Assembly (NCBI GenBank): GCA_964509735.1
Contig: CAZDYJ010000002.1
Span: 481-64,480, forward strand
Direction of reading: 5' to 3'
DNA from: an uncultured Gammaproteobacteria bacterium
GTDB taxonomy: Bacteria; Patescibacteriota; Patescibacteriia; Patescibacteriales; UBA12465
DNA length: 64,000 nucleotides
Shown here: one piece after another, positions 35,236 to 45,130 of the stretch
Layout of the letters: each line of letters opens with the position of its first letter
Numbering within the stretch: position 1 is the stretch's first letter
Program-made: the position numbers and the translations under genes
The notes under the pieces: generated by a model
The model's database searches: none
What the model saw: only the letters and a program-made list of their open reading frames with translations
What the model was told of the DNA's origin: nothing

Positions 35236-37938
35236 TTATAAACGACAATTACCCGATGAGTCTAATTCTGTTGTCGATTCTCCAAAACAACAAGAGCCGT
35301 CAACTTCAGAACAGCCAGGACCGATGCTTGGTTTGAAACAATTTTGATAAATATCTCTAACCCCGGAGCCTACTTGAGCATAAAAAGTCATTGATTCAGG
35401 AAGTGGAGTATGTCCAATAGTTGCAATTGTCATATCTGGTTCTCCGTCAAAAGGTTCAATATCTTTATTTTCGCTATTTATCCAATAACCAAAAGCGGCC
35501 GGAGCAGAACTTCTTAAGTTAATAAATTTATGATTATAAACATTACTACCCGCCCTTATATCGGTACTGCCGCTAATTAATGTGCTGTTTAGCATTAAAG
35601 TATTAAAATAAACATCAATTGGACTAGCTGGCTCTACCTCACTTGAGCCTTGTCCTGGTCCAATGTATGTTATTCTTGGTGGGTCTAAATTTATTTTATC
35701 GCTAACAAAAAATGACCATGAATAATTATCACCGTTTTCTATTGAAGGGTTATTTTCATTATAAAAACTAAGTGGACCTTGGGAACTGGTATTTCTATTT
35801 CCATCAAGAGAATTAGTTGCGGCGTCTATTATACCATCAAGATTAGCTATATTAGCTGACGGATAATTTTTTCCCTCTAAATTTTGACAAACATTATAAC
35901 CTAAAGGTACTGACGAGCATGAATTAAAGGGACTTAAAGCTGCACAGTCATTATTATTTGAGCAAGTTTTTAAATTTGCTGCCTGTAGCTCAACTTTTAA
36001 ATTACTGTTAGCCGGCAAACAATAAATTTTATCCCCACAAGCATTAACTCCACATTCCTCGTTAGATAAAAATTCTACAGTGCGATAACGATTAGAAACC
36101 ATGAAACGACCATTTACATAATCTCCCACGCAAATAGAATTATCACACTTAAAAGATTTACAATCGGAATTAGCGGAACATGATGATCCAGAAGGCAAGG
36201 AATCACTTCTAAAATTAACAACTCTTATAAAATTAGAGACTTCGTCAGCACTACCAGAAACGGTTAAAGGATTAATTGGTTCGTTAAAATTTATTTGAAT
36301 CGCAGAATTTCGAGGACGATCTGGTTTGTCTTTTACTTCACTTAAGTCTATTTTATTAAGCCCACCAGTAAATGGTTTTATGGATAAAGAGCTTGGATTA
36401 CTAGCACTTAAAACAATACTATTACCAGAAATTCCTGCCACTCTTGATTTTAATTTTATTAATGAGCCGTTAGAATTTTCCAATTCAATATCAGGATGAC
36501 CACTTAAAACTGCCTTGATATTAAAAGCTTGGCTTTCTAGGTTTGAAGGAGAAAGAGAATTACAGTTTTCCAAAACAGCAATATTATTATTCCCTGAAAC
36601 AGAAGAAAAAGTATAAACCATTGAGTTAACTCTTAAGGTATCGGCTAAACGCTCTGGTTTAATTTTTATTTCCCAAATATTTCCTGATTCACGAGTTTCA
36701 GTTTTAAATTTTAATTTATAATCGGCAAAGAACACTTCATTATTAGAATTGAAATCAGCAATTCCTAAGAGACTATTATTTAAACCATTAAATAGCTGAG
36801 CCTTGTTGGTATTGTCAGATGGAATAGATATTTTAAAAATGCTTATTTGCCCCGTATAATTATCAAAAGAAACTTCTGGGCCAGAAGGACTAATTGATAA
36901 AACTTCTGCTTTAGAATAAATTTCTGGGCAAGCATTTACTTTTATCTCAGCAATAGCTGAAACGGGAGAAACTGATTCTCCATAAAGATCTTTCTCGTTG
37001 TCCTGTCTAGGAACTATTTTATCTTGCAAAACAATTGGTGGTTCAAGATCTAAAACATTGCTAATTGTAAAAGTTACTTCTAAATAATTACTACTACAAG
37101 AACTAAACATTGAAACGCCGCCAGTTTTTTTTATTCTGTCAGTAAACCGAACGGAATAAGGGGTGTGCCCCGTGCTTGAACCCAAATAACTAAGTGGTGA
37201 TAGTACTAAAGTTTTTTTATCATTAGGAACAGAAACAAGCACATCACTGACATTAGAATTAACTGCTGGGCAAGAGCCGCCAGCACAAGCATCACCTAAA
37301 TCATTTTTAAATATTCTAATATTTTCTGGGTTTAACTTATTACAAGTATTGTTATCACAAGCACATGACAAACCAGCATCACTTATACAAACAGAGCTTA
37401 AATCAATTTCCTCTTTAAAAGTTATCATTATTGAAGTGTTTCGAGGAACGTCTTTTTGTCCGTCTTCAGGATAAATACTTTCAACCGAACAAGCTCCTAA
37501 GGCGCCAATCCCAGGATTATAAAAACCACTTGGAGTACTTTGCCATTGACTTGTTCCACCAGCGCCAGTTAAAGTATCTCTTACTCGATTGATGATAAAA
37601 GTTGTTATCCCCCAAGAAGCTAAAATAATTATTAAACCAATAACAGCATTTTTTAATATTTTCTTAGCTACTGATATTTTTTCTTCATTACCCCCTGAAG
37701 TCATCCATAAAAATCCAGCATAGATAACCAAAAGAACAGCTATAACGCCTAGGAAGCTTAGGGCTAATTGAATAAAGCGTCCAGCTACAACTCTTATGTC
37801 ATCAGTTGCAACTAGCGATCCATCGAGTCCCGACTCAACTTCAGTTAAACCAAAGTCTTGAGCAAAAGCAAAATTAACCAAGAAAAACAAGGTTAAAAAA
37901 CTAAAAGCCAAGACAAAGAATCTTATTTTTTTATTCAT
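35236..37938 (-). CDS. Giant surface protein (900 aa) sharing the same pilin-like N-terminal double-TM module, followed by Ig-like and Cys-rich domains
   Basis: The first ~125 aa are ~65% identical to the 1955-aa protein (MTSGGNEEK loop, two TM helices, AFAQDFGL signal-peptidase site). Bacterial Ig-like segments (SIYPEDGQKDVPRNTSIMITF; ITYIGPGQGSSEVEPASPIDVYF). Cys-rich C-terminal region. Confidence 0.6.
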   Translation of the reverse strand: MNKKIRFFVLAFSFLTLFFLVNFAFAQDFGLTEVESGLDGSLVATDDIRVVAGRFIQLALSFLGVIAVLLVIYAGFLWMTSGGNEEKISVAKKILKNAVIGLIIILASWGITTFIINRVRDTLTGAGGTSQWQSTPSGFYNPGIGALGACSVESIYPEDGQKDVPRNTSIMITFKEEIDLSSVCISDAGLSCACDNNTCNKLNPENIRIFKNDLGDACAGGSCPAVNSNVSDVLVSVPNDKKTLVLSPLSYLGSSTGHTPYSVRFTDRIKKTGGVSMFSSCSSNYLEVTFTISNVLDLEPPIVLQDKIVPRQDNEKDLYGESVSPVSAIAEIKVNACPEIYSKAEVLSISPSGPEVSFDNYTGQISIFKISIPSDNTNKAQLFNGLNNSLLGIADFNSNNEVFFADYKLKFKTETRESGNIWEIKIKPERLADTLRVNSMVYTFSSVSGNNNIAVLENCNSLSPSNLESQAFNIKAVLSGHPDIELENSNGSLIKLKSRVAGISGNSIVLSASNPSSLSIKPFTGGLNKIDLSEVKDKPDRPRNSAIQINFNEPINPLTVSGSADEVSNFIRVVNFRSDSLPSGSSCSANSDCKSFKCDNSICVGDYVNGRFMVSNRYRTVEFLSNEECGVNACGDKIYCLPANSNLKVELQAANLKTCSNNNDCAALSPFNSCSSVPLGYNVCQNLEGKNYPSANIANLDGIIDAATNSLDGNRNTSSQGPLSFYNENNPSIENGDNYSWSFFVSDKINLDPPRITYIGPGQGSSEVEPASPIDVYFNTLMLNSTLISGSTDIRAGSNVYNHKFINLRSSAPAAFGYWINSENKDIEPFDGEPDMTIATIGHTPLPESMTFYAQVGSGVRDIYQNCFKPSIGPGCSEVDGSCCFGESTTELDSSGNCRL

Positions 37939-38043
37939 CCAAGTAAAATTAAAAATTTTTAAATTTACACCTTACGTGATATAATTTAACTACCTAAATA
38001 ATAACACAAATAAGAAAAAAATAAAAATAATATTTCCCTAAAA

Positions 38044-39513
38044 ATGACTATTGAGAGAATCATAAAAAAATTTCTAGAAAATCACCCCGAAGCTGACACA
38101 TCTGTTTTACAGAAAGCCTTTGAATATGCCAGAGACGCCCATAAAGAACAAGTTCGAAAAAGTGGCGAACCCTACATAACTCATCCTCTGCACACAGCTT
38201 ATTTATTAACAGAAATTAAAGCTGACTTATCAACCGTTGCTGCCGGACTTCTTCATGATGTGCCAGAGGACACTGAAAAAACAATCGAAGACGTTGAAAA
38301 AGAATTTGGTTCAGAAATAGCTGGTTTAGTAAAAGGCATTACTAAATTAGGAAAAATCAAATACCGCGGTATTGAAAGGTACAAAGAAAATCTAAAAAAA
38401 ATGTTTCTAGCCATGACTAGTGACTTGAGAGTTATTTTTATAAAATTTTGTGATCGCCTTAATAATTTAAGAACCATAGAAAGCTTGCCCGAGGAAAAGC
38501 AAAAACGCATTGCTCAAGAAACTTTAGAAATATTTGTGCCAGTTGCCGGTCTTTTAGGTATTAGTCGTCTTAAGTGGCAAATGGAAGATATTTGTTTTAA
38601 AATTCTTTATCCAGAAAAATTTCACGAGCTTGAATATGAGTACGAAGTTGAAAAAAAAGTTGAAAGAAATCAATTCTTTAGAAAGGTAAAAAGCATCTTA
38701 ACTCCTAAACTTGAGGAAGCAGAAATAGAATATGAGGTTGAAATGCGTTTTAAGCATTTATATAGTATTTATAAAAAAATGCAAGAAAAAAATCGTAAAT
38801 TCGATGAGATTTATGATGTTTTTGCTATGCGTATTATTGTGCCAAATGTTAATGATTGTTATAAAACTTTAGGAATAATCCACACTCTTTGGAAGCCAAA
38901 CCCAAGTAGATTTAAGGATTATATTGCTGTTCCAAAACCAAACGGCTACAAATCTCTTCATACCACAATTTACGGACCAGAAGGAAAAGCTACTGAATTT
39001 CAAATTAGAACCAAAGAAATGCATGAAGAAAGTATTTATGGCTTAGCTGCTCATTGGTACTACAAACACATGGACCATGGCGGTGAATATAATGCACCGG
39101 CCTGGGTAAAGGAAATAGTTGAAGTTCAAAAAGAAGTAACAAGCACCGATGAGTTGGTAAAAAAAGTAAAGCTTGATATTTTTCAAGACAGAATTTTTGT
39201 TTTTTCACCAAAAGGAGATGTTTTTGAATTGCCAGAAAAATCGACACCAATAGATTTCGCTTATGCGGTTCACTCAAATATTGGCAATAAAGCAGCTAGT
39301 GTTTTAATAAACGATAAATTAGGAAAACTTGACCAAGAACTTCGAAATGGTGACATGGTAAAAATAATAACCGAAAAAAATCGCGAACACCCCAATTCCG
39401 ATTGGTTAAAATTTGTAAAAACAAGAAGAGCTAAAGAAAGAATTAAACAATTCTCTAAAAAATCATCCCTTCTTAACATAAAAAGATTTATTCCAGGAAT
39501 GAAAGATAAATAA
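38044..39513 (+). CDS. Short bifunctional RelA/SpoT-homologue (HD hydrolase + (p)ppGpp synthetase + TGS; no ACT/RRM domain)
   Basis: HD motif HDVPED. Synthetase motifs YKSLHTTIYGPEGKATEFQIRT and AAHWYYK. TGS-like stretch FSPKGDVFELPEKSTPIDFAYAVHSNIG...GDMVKIIT. The protein ends about 30 aa later. Confidence 0.8.
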   Translation: MTIERIIKKFLENHPEADTSVLQKAFEYARDAHKEQVRKSGEPYITHPLHTAYLLTEIKADLSTVAAGLLHDVPEDTEKTIEDVEKEFGSEIAGLVKGITKLGKIKYRGIERYKENLKKMFLAMTSDLRVIFIKFCDRLNNLRTIESLPEEKQKRIAQETLEIFVPVAGLLGISRLKWQMEDICFKILYPEKFHELEYEYEVEKKVERNQFFRKVKSILTPKLEEAEIEYEVEMRFKHLYSIYKKMQEKNRKFDEIYDVFAMRIIVPNVNDCYKTLGIIHTLWKPNPSRFKDYIAVPKPNGYKSLHTTIYGPEGKATEFQIRTKEMHEESIYGLAAHWYYKHMDHGGEYNAPAWVKEIVEVQKEVTSTDELVKKVKLDIFQDRIFVFSPKGDVFELPEKSTPIDFAYAVHSNIGNKAASVLINDKLGKLDQELRNGDMVKIITEKNREHPNSDWLKFVKTRRAKERIKQFSKKSSLLNIKRFIPGMKDK

Positions 39514-39550
39514 TAATTAGCCAAAAGTTTTTTATCTATTTAAAACACAA

Positions 39551-39580
39551 AAACACCTTGTTTTAAAACAAGGTGTTTTT
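39551..39580. terminator. Bidirectional rho-independent terminator between the RSH gene (+) and rpsU (-)
   Basis: Perfect 14-bp palindrome aaacaccttgtttt/aaaacaaggtgttt with T-runs on both strands. Confidence 0.6.
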
Positions 39581-39591
39581 AAGTAAAAATA

Positions 39592-39831
39592 CTATCTTCC
39601 AGCTCTCATAGTACCTTCAGGCAATTTACCAATTTTACGCAAAAATTCATTCTTCTTTTGAAGATCTAAGCCGATTAAAGCTTTTTTCTTCTGCGCTTGC
39701 TTGGTGGTTTTTGATTGAAGATGCTTTTTGGAGCGAGCTTTCTCGAGTCTCTTGCTATTTTTCAAACCACGTTTAAACTTACGCAAAAAACCTTCAAAAC
39801 TTTCTCCTGGTTTTCTTTTAAAATCCGCCAT
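39592..39831 (-). CDS. rpsU: 30S ribosomal protein S21 (bS21)-like
   Basis: Small basic protein with a FEGFLRKFKRGLKNSKRLEKARSKKHLQSKTTKQAQKKKAL pattern resembling bS21 (E.FE.ALRRFKR....G.L.E.R.R..Y.KPT..RK). Confidence 0.5.
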   Translation of the reverse strand: MADFKRKPGESFEGFLRKFKRGLKNSKRLEKARSKKHLQSKTTKQAQKKKALIGLDLQKKNEFLRKIGKLPEGTMRAGR

Positions 39832-41233
39832 ATAATCCCGCCTCCTTTCTAATATTAATTTTTTTCTCTACTATTTTATTCATTTTTAACAACCTTTCTT
39901 TTATTTTTTTATAAATTATCGTTTCTTGAGCACCAGAATCCATATCTCTTAACAAAACTGTACCGTCCATTATCTCTTTTTTACCTAATATTAAACTTGT
40001 TCTAGCTCTCATAGCTAAAGCGTCATCAAGTTGAATTTTTAAACTATCGGAAGTTAAAGACTGTCTAACCTTAAAACCAGCCTCTCGTAATTCTTCAAAA
40101 AGTTTAATTGATTTAATCTTAGCTTGATCGCCTAACTGAGCGATAAATATAATATCATCTTCTAATTTATTAATCAAGGCGTTTTTATCCTTTATTTTTG
40201 ATAGAATTCTTTCAAGTCCCAAGGCTAAGCCGATGGCCGGAGTTTCTGGACCACCAAAACCTTCAATAAATTTATCATAACGACCACCAGCCGCTAATGA
40301 ATTCTTGCCAGAAACATTCCCTTCTTCGTTAATTGGCCAAAACTCAAATACAGTATCATTGTAATAACTTAAACCACGGACTAAATATGGATTAAAGTTA
40401 TAATTAACCCCTATTTCATCTAATGTTTCTAATATTTTAGTAAAATATTCCCTGCTTTCAGAAGAAAGAAAATCGGCTATTTGAGGAGCTTCTTCTCTTA
40501 GTTTAACACATTCTTCTTCTTTGCAGTCTAACATTGCTAAACAATTTTTACTTAAAGCATTTTTACAACAAGTACAAAGCTTGGTTTTCTTGCCTCTTTC
40601 TTTAAAAAAAGCAGCTAATTTAGAAGCATATTCCTTACGACAGAGTTGATCTCCTAAGCTATTAATTTGAATTTGAACATTAATTCCTAAATCTTTTAAA
40701 AAATTAACAATTGAAGTTAGAAATAAAGCTTCAGAAATAGCCTTCTTTTCTCCAATTATTTCAAAATTGGCTTGTGTAAATTCTCGATAATGACCTGATT
40801 GAAGTTTTTCTTTTCTAAAAACTGGTCCCATGGAAAAAAGTCTTTGTGGTAGACCACTTTCAATTAAATTATTTTCTATAAAAGCCCTAACTATTCCTTG
40901 GGTCATTTCTGGTCTTAAAACCTGTTTTTCACCTTTATCACCATCTACGAAAAAAAAGTCTTTATCATTATTGCTTCTATTTGATTTTTTAAATAAGTCA
41001 AAATTTTCAATCACAGGAACCTTTATCTCTTTAAAGCTGTATAAATTAGCAAATTCACTTATTTTAGCGGATATTAAGCCAAAAATAAGACCCTCTTGTC
41101 CACAAAAATCTTTTACCCCCATCACGCGAGATGGAATTTTTTCTGACTTTGAACTTCTTTTTTCTGCTTTCTTTTCGGGCTTAGAAGTTTGTTTATTTAT
41201 TTTAGCAATTTTTTCTTTTTTTTGTTTAGGCAT
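39818..41233 (-). CDS. hisS: Histidine--tRNA ligase with a Lys-rich N-terminal extension
   Basis: Class II motif 2 FRKEKLQSGHYREFTQANFEIIG. HisRS-specific AAGGRYDKFIEGFGG. C-terminal anticodon-binding domain. The first ~45 aa are a K-rich low-complexity extension. Confidence 0.85.
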   Translation of the reverse strand: MPKQKKEKIAKINKQTSKPEKKAEKRSSKSEKIPSRVMGVKDFCGQEGLIFGLISAKISEFANLYSFKEIKVPVIENFDLFKKSNRSNNDKDFFFVDGDKGEKQVLRPEMTQGIVRAFIENNLIESGLPQRLFSMGPVFRKEKLQSGHYREFTQANFEIIGEKKAISEALFLTSIVNFLKDLGINVQIQINSLGDQLCRKEYASKLAAFFKERGKKTKLCTCCKNALSKNCLAMLDCKEEECVKLREEAPQIADFLSSESREYFTKILETLDEIGVNYNFNPYLVRGLSYYNDTVFEFWPINEEGNVSGKNSLAAGGRYDKFIEGFGGPETPAIGLALGLERILSKIKDKNALINKLEDDIIFIAQLGDQAKIKSIKLFEELREAGFKVRQSLTSDSLKIQLDDALAMRARTSLILGKKEIMDGTVLLRDMDSGAQETIIYKKIKERLLKMNKIVEKKINIRKEAGLYGGF

Positions 41234-41241
41234 ATTTTTTA

Positions 41242-41808
41242 TTATTCATAAATTGGCCAATAATTGTTATCAAAAAAAGTTACTCGAGACAAAGGCCAAC
41301 CTCGAAAAAGTACCTTTCCGGTTATAAAATTTTTATTTACAGAACCAAAGCTTCTTGAATCCTTAGACGCACCCCTATTATCCCCTAAAACAAAATATTC
41401 ATCCGGTCCAACTATTATTCTCTCAGTATTATCATTATAATTTCTTAAAGATTCATCTAAATAATCTTCAGATAAAATCATACCATCAGGATTTTCGCTG
41501 TTAAATATAGTAATTTTTCCATCTCTAATTTGCAATTCTTCTCCGGGAAGAGCAATAACTCTTTTAATAAAGTATTCTTGAGGATTTCTGGGATAACGGA
41601 AAACTATAACCTGACCTCTTACAGGAGGATTGAAGCGAAAAGACAATTCATCTATTATTAAATATTCATTATCATGAAAATTAGGCTCCATGGATGCCCC
41701 TTTTACATAAAAAGGTTGAATAAGGTAATAGCGAACCGGAATAATAATGGCTGCTGAAATAGCCGCCACCTTAACTATCTCCCAAACAAAAAGTAAAAAC
41801 TTTTTCAT
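41242..41808 (-). CDS. lepB: Signal peptidase I
   Basis: N-terminal TM. Catalytic Ser in GASMEPN. Box D/E VIALPGEEL and GDNRGASKDSRSFG. Confidence 0.8.
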   Translation of the reverse strand: MKKFLLFVWEIVKVAAISAAIIIPVRYYLIQPFYVKGASMEPNFHDNEYLIIDELSFRFNPPVRGQVIVFRYPRNPQEYFIKRVIALPGEELQIRDGKITIFNSENPDGMILSEDYLDESLRNYNDNTERIIVGPDEYFVLGDNRGASKDSRSFGSVNKNFITGKVLFRGWPLSRVTFFDNNYWPIYE

Positions 41809-41913
41809 ATTTTATGAAAAATTAATGAAAAATTAATAAAATTTTATTAAAAATTCAATTCAAAGTATAACAGAAAAATTAAATAAAATCAAATCGCCTT
41901 TATTGGCTTATAT

Positions 41914-43005
41914 TTAACAAATAAACATAGCATCGCCATAACTAAAAAACCTATACCTCTCTTTTATTGCCTCCTGATAGGCTTTTTTTATCTTTTTTTC
42001 GCCCGCTAAAGCACTAACTAAAAGAAGAAGGGTTGATTTAGGCAAATGAAAATTAGTAATTAAAGCTTCTGTAAAAGTAAATTTAAAACCAGGATAAATA
42101 AAAATATCCGTCCAAAAAGAAAAATCTTTATTGTTTTTTAAATCGAGATGATTATTTTTTATTTTTTGAGCCAGAGACTCAATTGCCCGACAAGCTGTTG
42201 TGCCAACAGCTATAATACGTTTATTTTCTTTTTTTGCTTGTAAAATTTTATCTAAATTATTTTTTTCGATACTTACAAATTCTTTATGCATTTTATGACT
42301 TAGCATATTTTCCTCTCGAACAGGGGCAAATGTTCCCAGTCCAACATGCAAAGTAACATAAGAAATATTAATTCCTTTTTTTTCAATTTTTTTAAGCAAA
42401 TCTTTACTAAAATGGAGACCAGCCGTGGGAGCGGCAACCGATCCACTCTTTTTTCTTGAAGCAAAAACTGTTTGATAATTTTTTTTATCAGACATATTCA
42501 TTTCGCGACCTCTCTTAATATAAGGTGGCAAAGGAACCTGACCTATTTCATCAATAATTTTTAACAATTCCTTTCCTTTCTTATTAAATTCCACAAAATA
42601 AAGACCATCCTCTTTCTTTTCTAAAATTTCTGCCTCTAAACCGCTAGAAAAATCGATTTTTAAGCCAATTTTAACCCGACCACGAATCATCACTTCCCAT
42701 ATTTCCCCTTTTTTATTCTGATTATTTTTGATTTGATGTAAAAAAACATCTAGTAGTCCGCCGCTTAATTTCTTTTGACCAATTAATTTAGCCGGGATAA
42801 CGTAAGAGTTGTTTAAAACCAAAAGATCTCCTGGTTTTAAGTAATTTATTATATCAGAAAAATTAAGATGATTAATTAATGAATTATTTTTTTGCAAAAT
42901 TAACAGTCGGCAGGTCTCCCTTTTGGCAACAGGATTTTGAGCAATTAATTCTTTCGGCAAATCATAATCAAAATCGGAAGACAATATACTTTTAACTTTT
43001 TTCAT
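41914..43005 (-). CDS. queA: tRNA preQ1(34) S-adenosylmethionine ribosyltransferase-isomerase
   Basis: FDYDLPKELIAQNPVAKRETCRLLIL N-terminal signature and conserved QueA blocks throughout (...VAAPTAGLHF...). Confidence 0.85.
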   Translation of the reverse strand: MKKVKSILSSDFDYDLPKELIAQNPVAKRETCRLLILQKNNSLINHLNFSDIINYLKPGDLLVLNNSYVIPAKLIGQKKLSGGLLDVFLHQIKNNQNKKGEIWEVMIRGRVKIGLKIDFSSGLEAEILEKKEDGLYFVEFNKKGKELLKIIDEIGQVPLPPYIKRGREMNMSDKKNYQTVFASRKKSGSVAAPTAGLHFSKDLLKKIEKKGINISYVTLHVGLGTFAPVREENMLSHKMHKEFVSIEKNNLDKILQAKKENKRIIAVGTTACRAIESLAQKIKNNHLDLKNNKDFSFWTDIFIYPGFKFTFTEALITNFHLPKSTLLLLVSALAGEKKIKKAYQEAIKERYRFFSYGDAMFIC

Positions 43006-43011
43006 AAAAAA

Positions 43012-45120
43012 CTAAAGAGGTAGGGAAAGATAAAAAATAGAACCACTATTTTTTCCTCTTTCAAACCACAAAACCCCGTTATGAGCTTCGATTATTTTTC
43101 TCGCAATAAAAAGATTTAAACCAAAACCTTCAGGGGATAAAGAAAAAGCCTGCTTACCTCTAAAAAATTTCTTAGCAATATTATTAAGACTTTCATCTTC
43201 TATGCCCATACCCTTATCTTTGACTGAAAAAACTAAATTTTCCTTACCTGATAAATATTTTTTTTCAATATTTAATTCTATTTCTCCTTCTTCAAAAGAG
43301 TACTTAACAGCGTTTGAAAAAATTATATGCAAAGCTTTTATTATTTTTTCTTTATCAACTTCAAATATAAAATTTTCATCAAAAATATCTTTTTTAATTT
43401 TTAATTTTTTATCTCTAATATTTTTTTCTTCTAATAAAAATACTGGCTCGGTTATTTCGTCAAAAAAGACTTTACTTTTTTTTAAAGAAAATCCAGTATT
43501 TTCCATTTCTAAAACCAGTAAAAGTTGATCTAAATAACTATCAATAGTTAAAACTCCCTGATAAGCTTCTTTAAGAGAATTGTCTTTATCTTTTTTATTT
43601 AAACTGTTATCACGGCAAAGTTCTAAATTAAAACGAATAGATGAAAGAGGGGTTCTGAATTGATGAGAAATTACAGAAATTAAACGAGACTTTTCTTTGT
43701 CTACTTTTTTTAAAGACTCATAAATAGAGTTATTATTAATAAGTAAGCTAATTTGCCAAATAACATGTTTAATTAAAGTAAAATCTTCTTGTTTAAAATA
43801 ATCATTGGAAAGCTTATTGGTAAAAGCATAAAATCCCAACAAACGATCTTCAAACATTATAGGTGATAACAAAGATATCCCAGATTTTTCCATTTCTAAA
43901 ATAATTTTTTCTCGAGAAATCATTTTTTCATCAATAGTTCCAAAATCGGCCAAAAGTTCGTCTTTATCTAAAATCTCCTTAGGATAATGTTCAAAATATT
44001 GAACAAATAAAGACTTTTTATCAATCTTATTAATTAAAACACCCTCTCCACCAAAATGATATTTAAGAAATTCTCCTTGATCGCTTATAATAAATACGGC
44101 ACTTCCAGACACTTTTAACATATCCGAAACAATAGATTCAATGGCGGTTAAAGATTTTTTCAAATCAAGACCAGATGATCTTATTTCGTGATTAATATCT
44201 GAGGCAATTTCAGAAAAGCGGTATTTTTTTTGAAACAATATTTTATCACTTAAGTCAGCAATCGCTTCTTTTATTCTTTCAAAGGCGATTACAATCATAA
44301 TTGAAGGAATTATGTAAAGCCATGGCTCTCTCATTCCTAATAAATGTGACATTAGATAACTAAGTGAAGCGTAGACACCAATAACAACAACTAATAGAAA
44401 TGAAAATACGGCACTCAAACGCAAAACATAACGAACGTCTAATAATCTATATTTTATAATAGCGTAAAAAATACAAACAAAAAGAATAACCGGGCTAAAA
44501 TTCATTAAACGAAAAATAAAAAGAGGAACCTGGTTTTGCATGGATAAATTAAAAACCGCTAATAAAGAAAAAGTTAAAAATCCAATTAAAACATATTTTA
44601 TTTGCATTCTCCCAACACCGCTTTCCTTTTTATATTGAATAAACTGATTAATAATTCCACTAAAAACATTAGCAATTAAAATAAAAGAATAAATTGGAAA
44701 AATTACCCCTTCCGAGAAAAAAACTCCACTTTTTCCTATACCCACATTATAAATAAGTAAATCACTGAAAGAAAAAAATGAGACAATAAAAGTTGGCAAA
44801 AAAAACAAAGGAATAAGCTTATTGAATTTCTTATTTTCTTTAGGAAAGTTAAAAAGAAAAACAAAAGACAAAAAGACAACAAAAGCTCCAATCAAGAAAT
44901 CCAGTCTTAAAAGGACATTGGCAAGTAATATTGAGGAAACTAAATTTTCCAAAAAACTAATCATTATCCAAACCGCTCCCGAAGTAGAAAAAAGAAAAAA
45001 AGAAACATTGGTTATATTTTTCTTTTTCTTTAAAACCAAATAACCCAACAAGATAAGCAAAATTGAAATCGTTGAAGCTATAATAATAAACAAATTTATC
45101 ATATTTTTATTTTTTTTCAT
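43012..45120 (-). CDS. Sensor histidine kinase with an N-terminal multi-TM sensor domain (orphan; no adjacent response regulator)
   Basis: About 7 N-terminal TM helices. H-box VISHQFRTPLSSI. N-box NAVKYS. G1 DKGMGI, G2 GFGLNLF. Confidence 0.7.
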   Translation of the reverse strand: MKKNKNMINLFIIIASTISILLILLGYLVLKKKKNITNVSFFLFSTSGAVWIMISFLENLVSSILLANVLLRLDFLIGAFVVFLSFVFLFNFPKENKKFNKLIPLFFLPTFIVSFFSFSDLLIYNVGIGKSGVFFSEGVIFPIYSFILIANVFSGIINQFIQYKKESGVGRMQIKYVLIGFLTFSLLAVFNLSMQNQVPLFIFRLMNFSPVILFVCIFYAIIKYRLLDVRYVLRLSAVFSFLLVVVIGVYASLSYLMSHLLGMREPWLYIIPSIMIVIAFERIKEAIADLSDKILFQKKYRFSEIASDINHEIRSSGLDLKKSLTAIESIVSDMLKVSGSAVFIISDQGEFLKYHFGGEGVLINKIDKKSLFVQYFEHYPKEILDKDELLADFGTIDEKMISREKIILEMEKSGISLLSPIMFEDRLLGFYAFTNKLSNDYFKQEDFTLIKHVIWQISLLINNNSIYESLKKVDKEKSRLISVISHQFRTPLSSIRFNLELCRDNSLNKKDKDNSLKEAYQGVLTIDSYLDQLLLVLEMENTGFSLKKSKVFFDEITEPVFLLEEKNIRDKKLKIKKDIFDENFIFEVDKEKIIKALHIIFSNAVKYSFEEGEIELNIEKKYLSGKENLVFSVKDKGMGIEDESLNNIAKKFFRGKQAFSLSPEGFGLNLFIARKIIEAHNGVLWFERGKNSGSIFYLSLPL

Positions 45121-45130
45121 TATAACATAA

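Noticed and set aside
38253-39524. Minus-strand ORFs 38253-38510, 39005-39277 and 39270-39524 within the RSH gene
   Set aside because: Antisense to a well-supported RelA/SpoT-homolog frame with HD, synthetase and TGS motifs.
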